A stretch of 64,000 nucleotides of DNA from a virus, in IMG/VR virus record IMGVR_UViG_3300017605_000880, positions 8,978 to 72,977 of that record, one strand, 5' to 3'. Below, piece after piece: positions 63,939 to 64,000 of the stretch. Numbering within the stretch: the first letter of the stretch is position 1; each line of letters begins with the position of its first letter. The position numbers were made by a program, and so were the translations under genes. Below the pieces are notes generated by a model. The model was not told the DNA's origin. It made no database searches and saw only the letters and a list, made by a program, of their open reading frames with translations.

Positions 63939-64000
63939 TCCGCATCCGCCAACGCGTTGTGCTGGTCTTTCGCAGGCGGCAGGATCCCCTCCGGGTCGAC

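Overview
The window is a large part of a high-GC actinobacterial tailed (siphovirus-type) phage genome; no integrase, tRNA, rRNA or CRISPR array was seen. Gene order: partial dUTPase, TOPRIM primase/RecA-type helicase, a phage-borne adenylosuccinate lyase (PurB), small early genes, terminase, portal, MuF-like head protein, scaffold, HK97-type capsid, tail module with a -1 frameshift chaperone, amidase and holins, a divergent early region, and a leftward glycosyltransferase cluster. The most striking feature is about 17 kb of the head module (plus one outlying gene). There, 13 otherwise mostly unrelated proteins begin with the same short leader (W-x3-6-HPR-x3-9-G-x-F/W, or the variant (Q)PRWPxGxP...GGGRF/W/YR), and one small basic protein ends with it. 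The cargo domains are a zeta-toxin-like kinase, two GNAT acetyltransferases, two HExxH zincins, three HipA/PI3-4K-like kinases and several unknown domains, often followed by a small partner ORF. I infer a leader-addressed arsenal of capsid-packaged effectors. Other notable signals: a phage-encoded FxSxx-COOH (FxsA-like) peptide, PurB beside a variant dUTPase (possible Z-base or purine pathway), a TGACAC-N5-GTGTCA operator on many promoters, and triple GNGAY-loop hairpins ahead of both the scaffold and capsid genes. Family assignments come from motifs recognised by eye; no searches were run.
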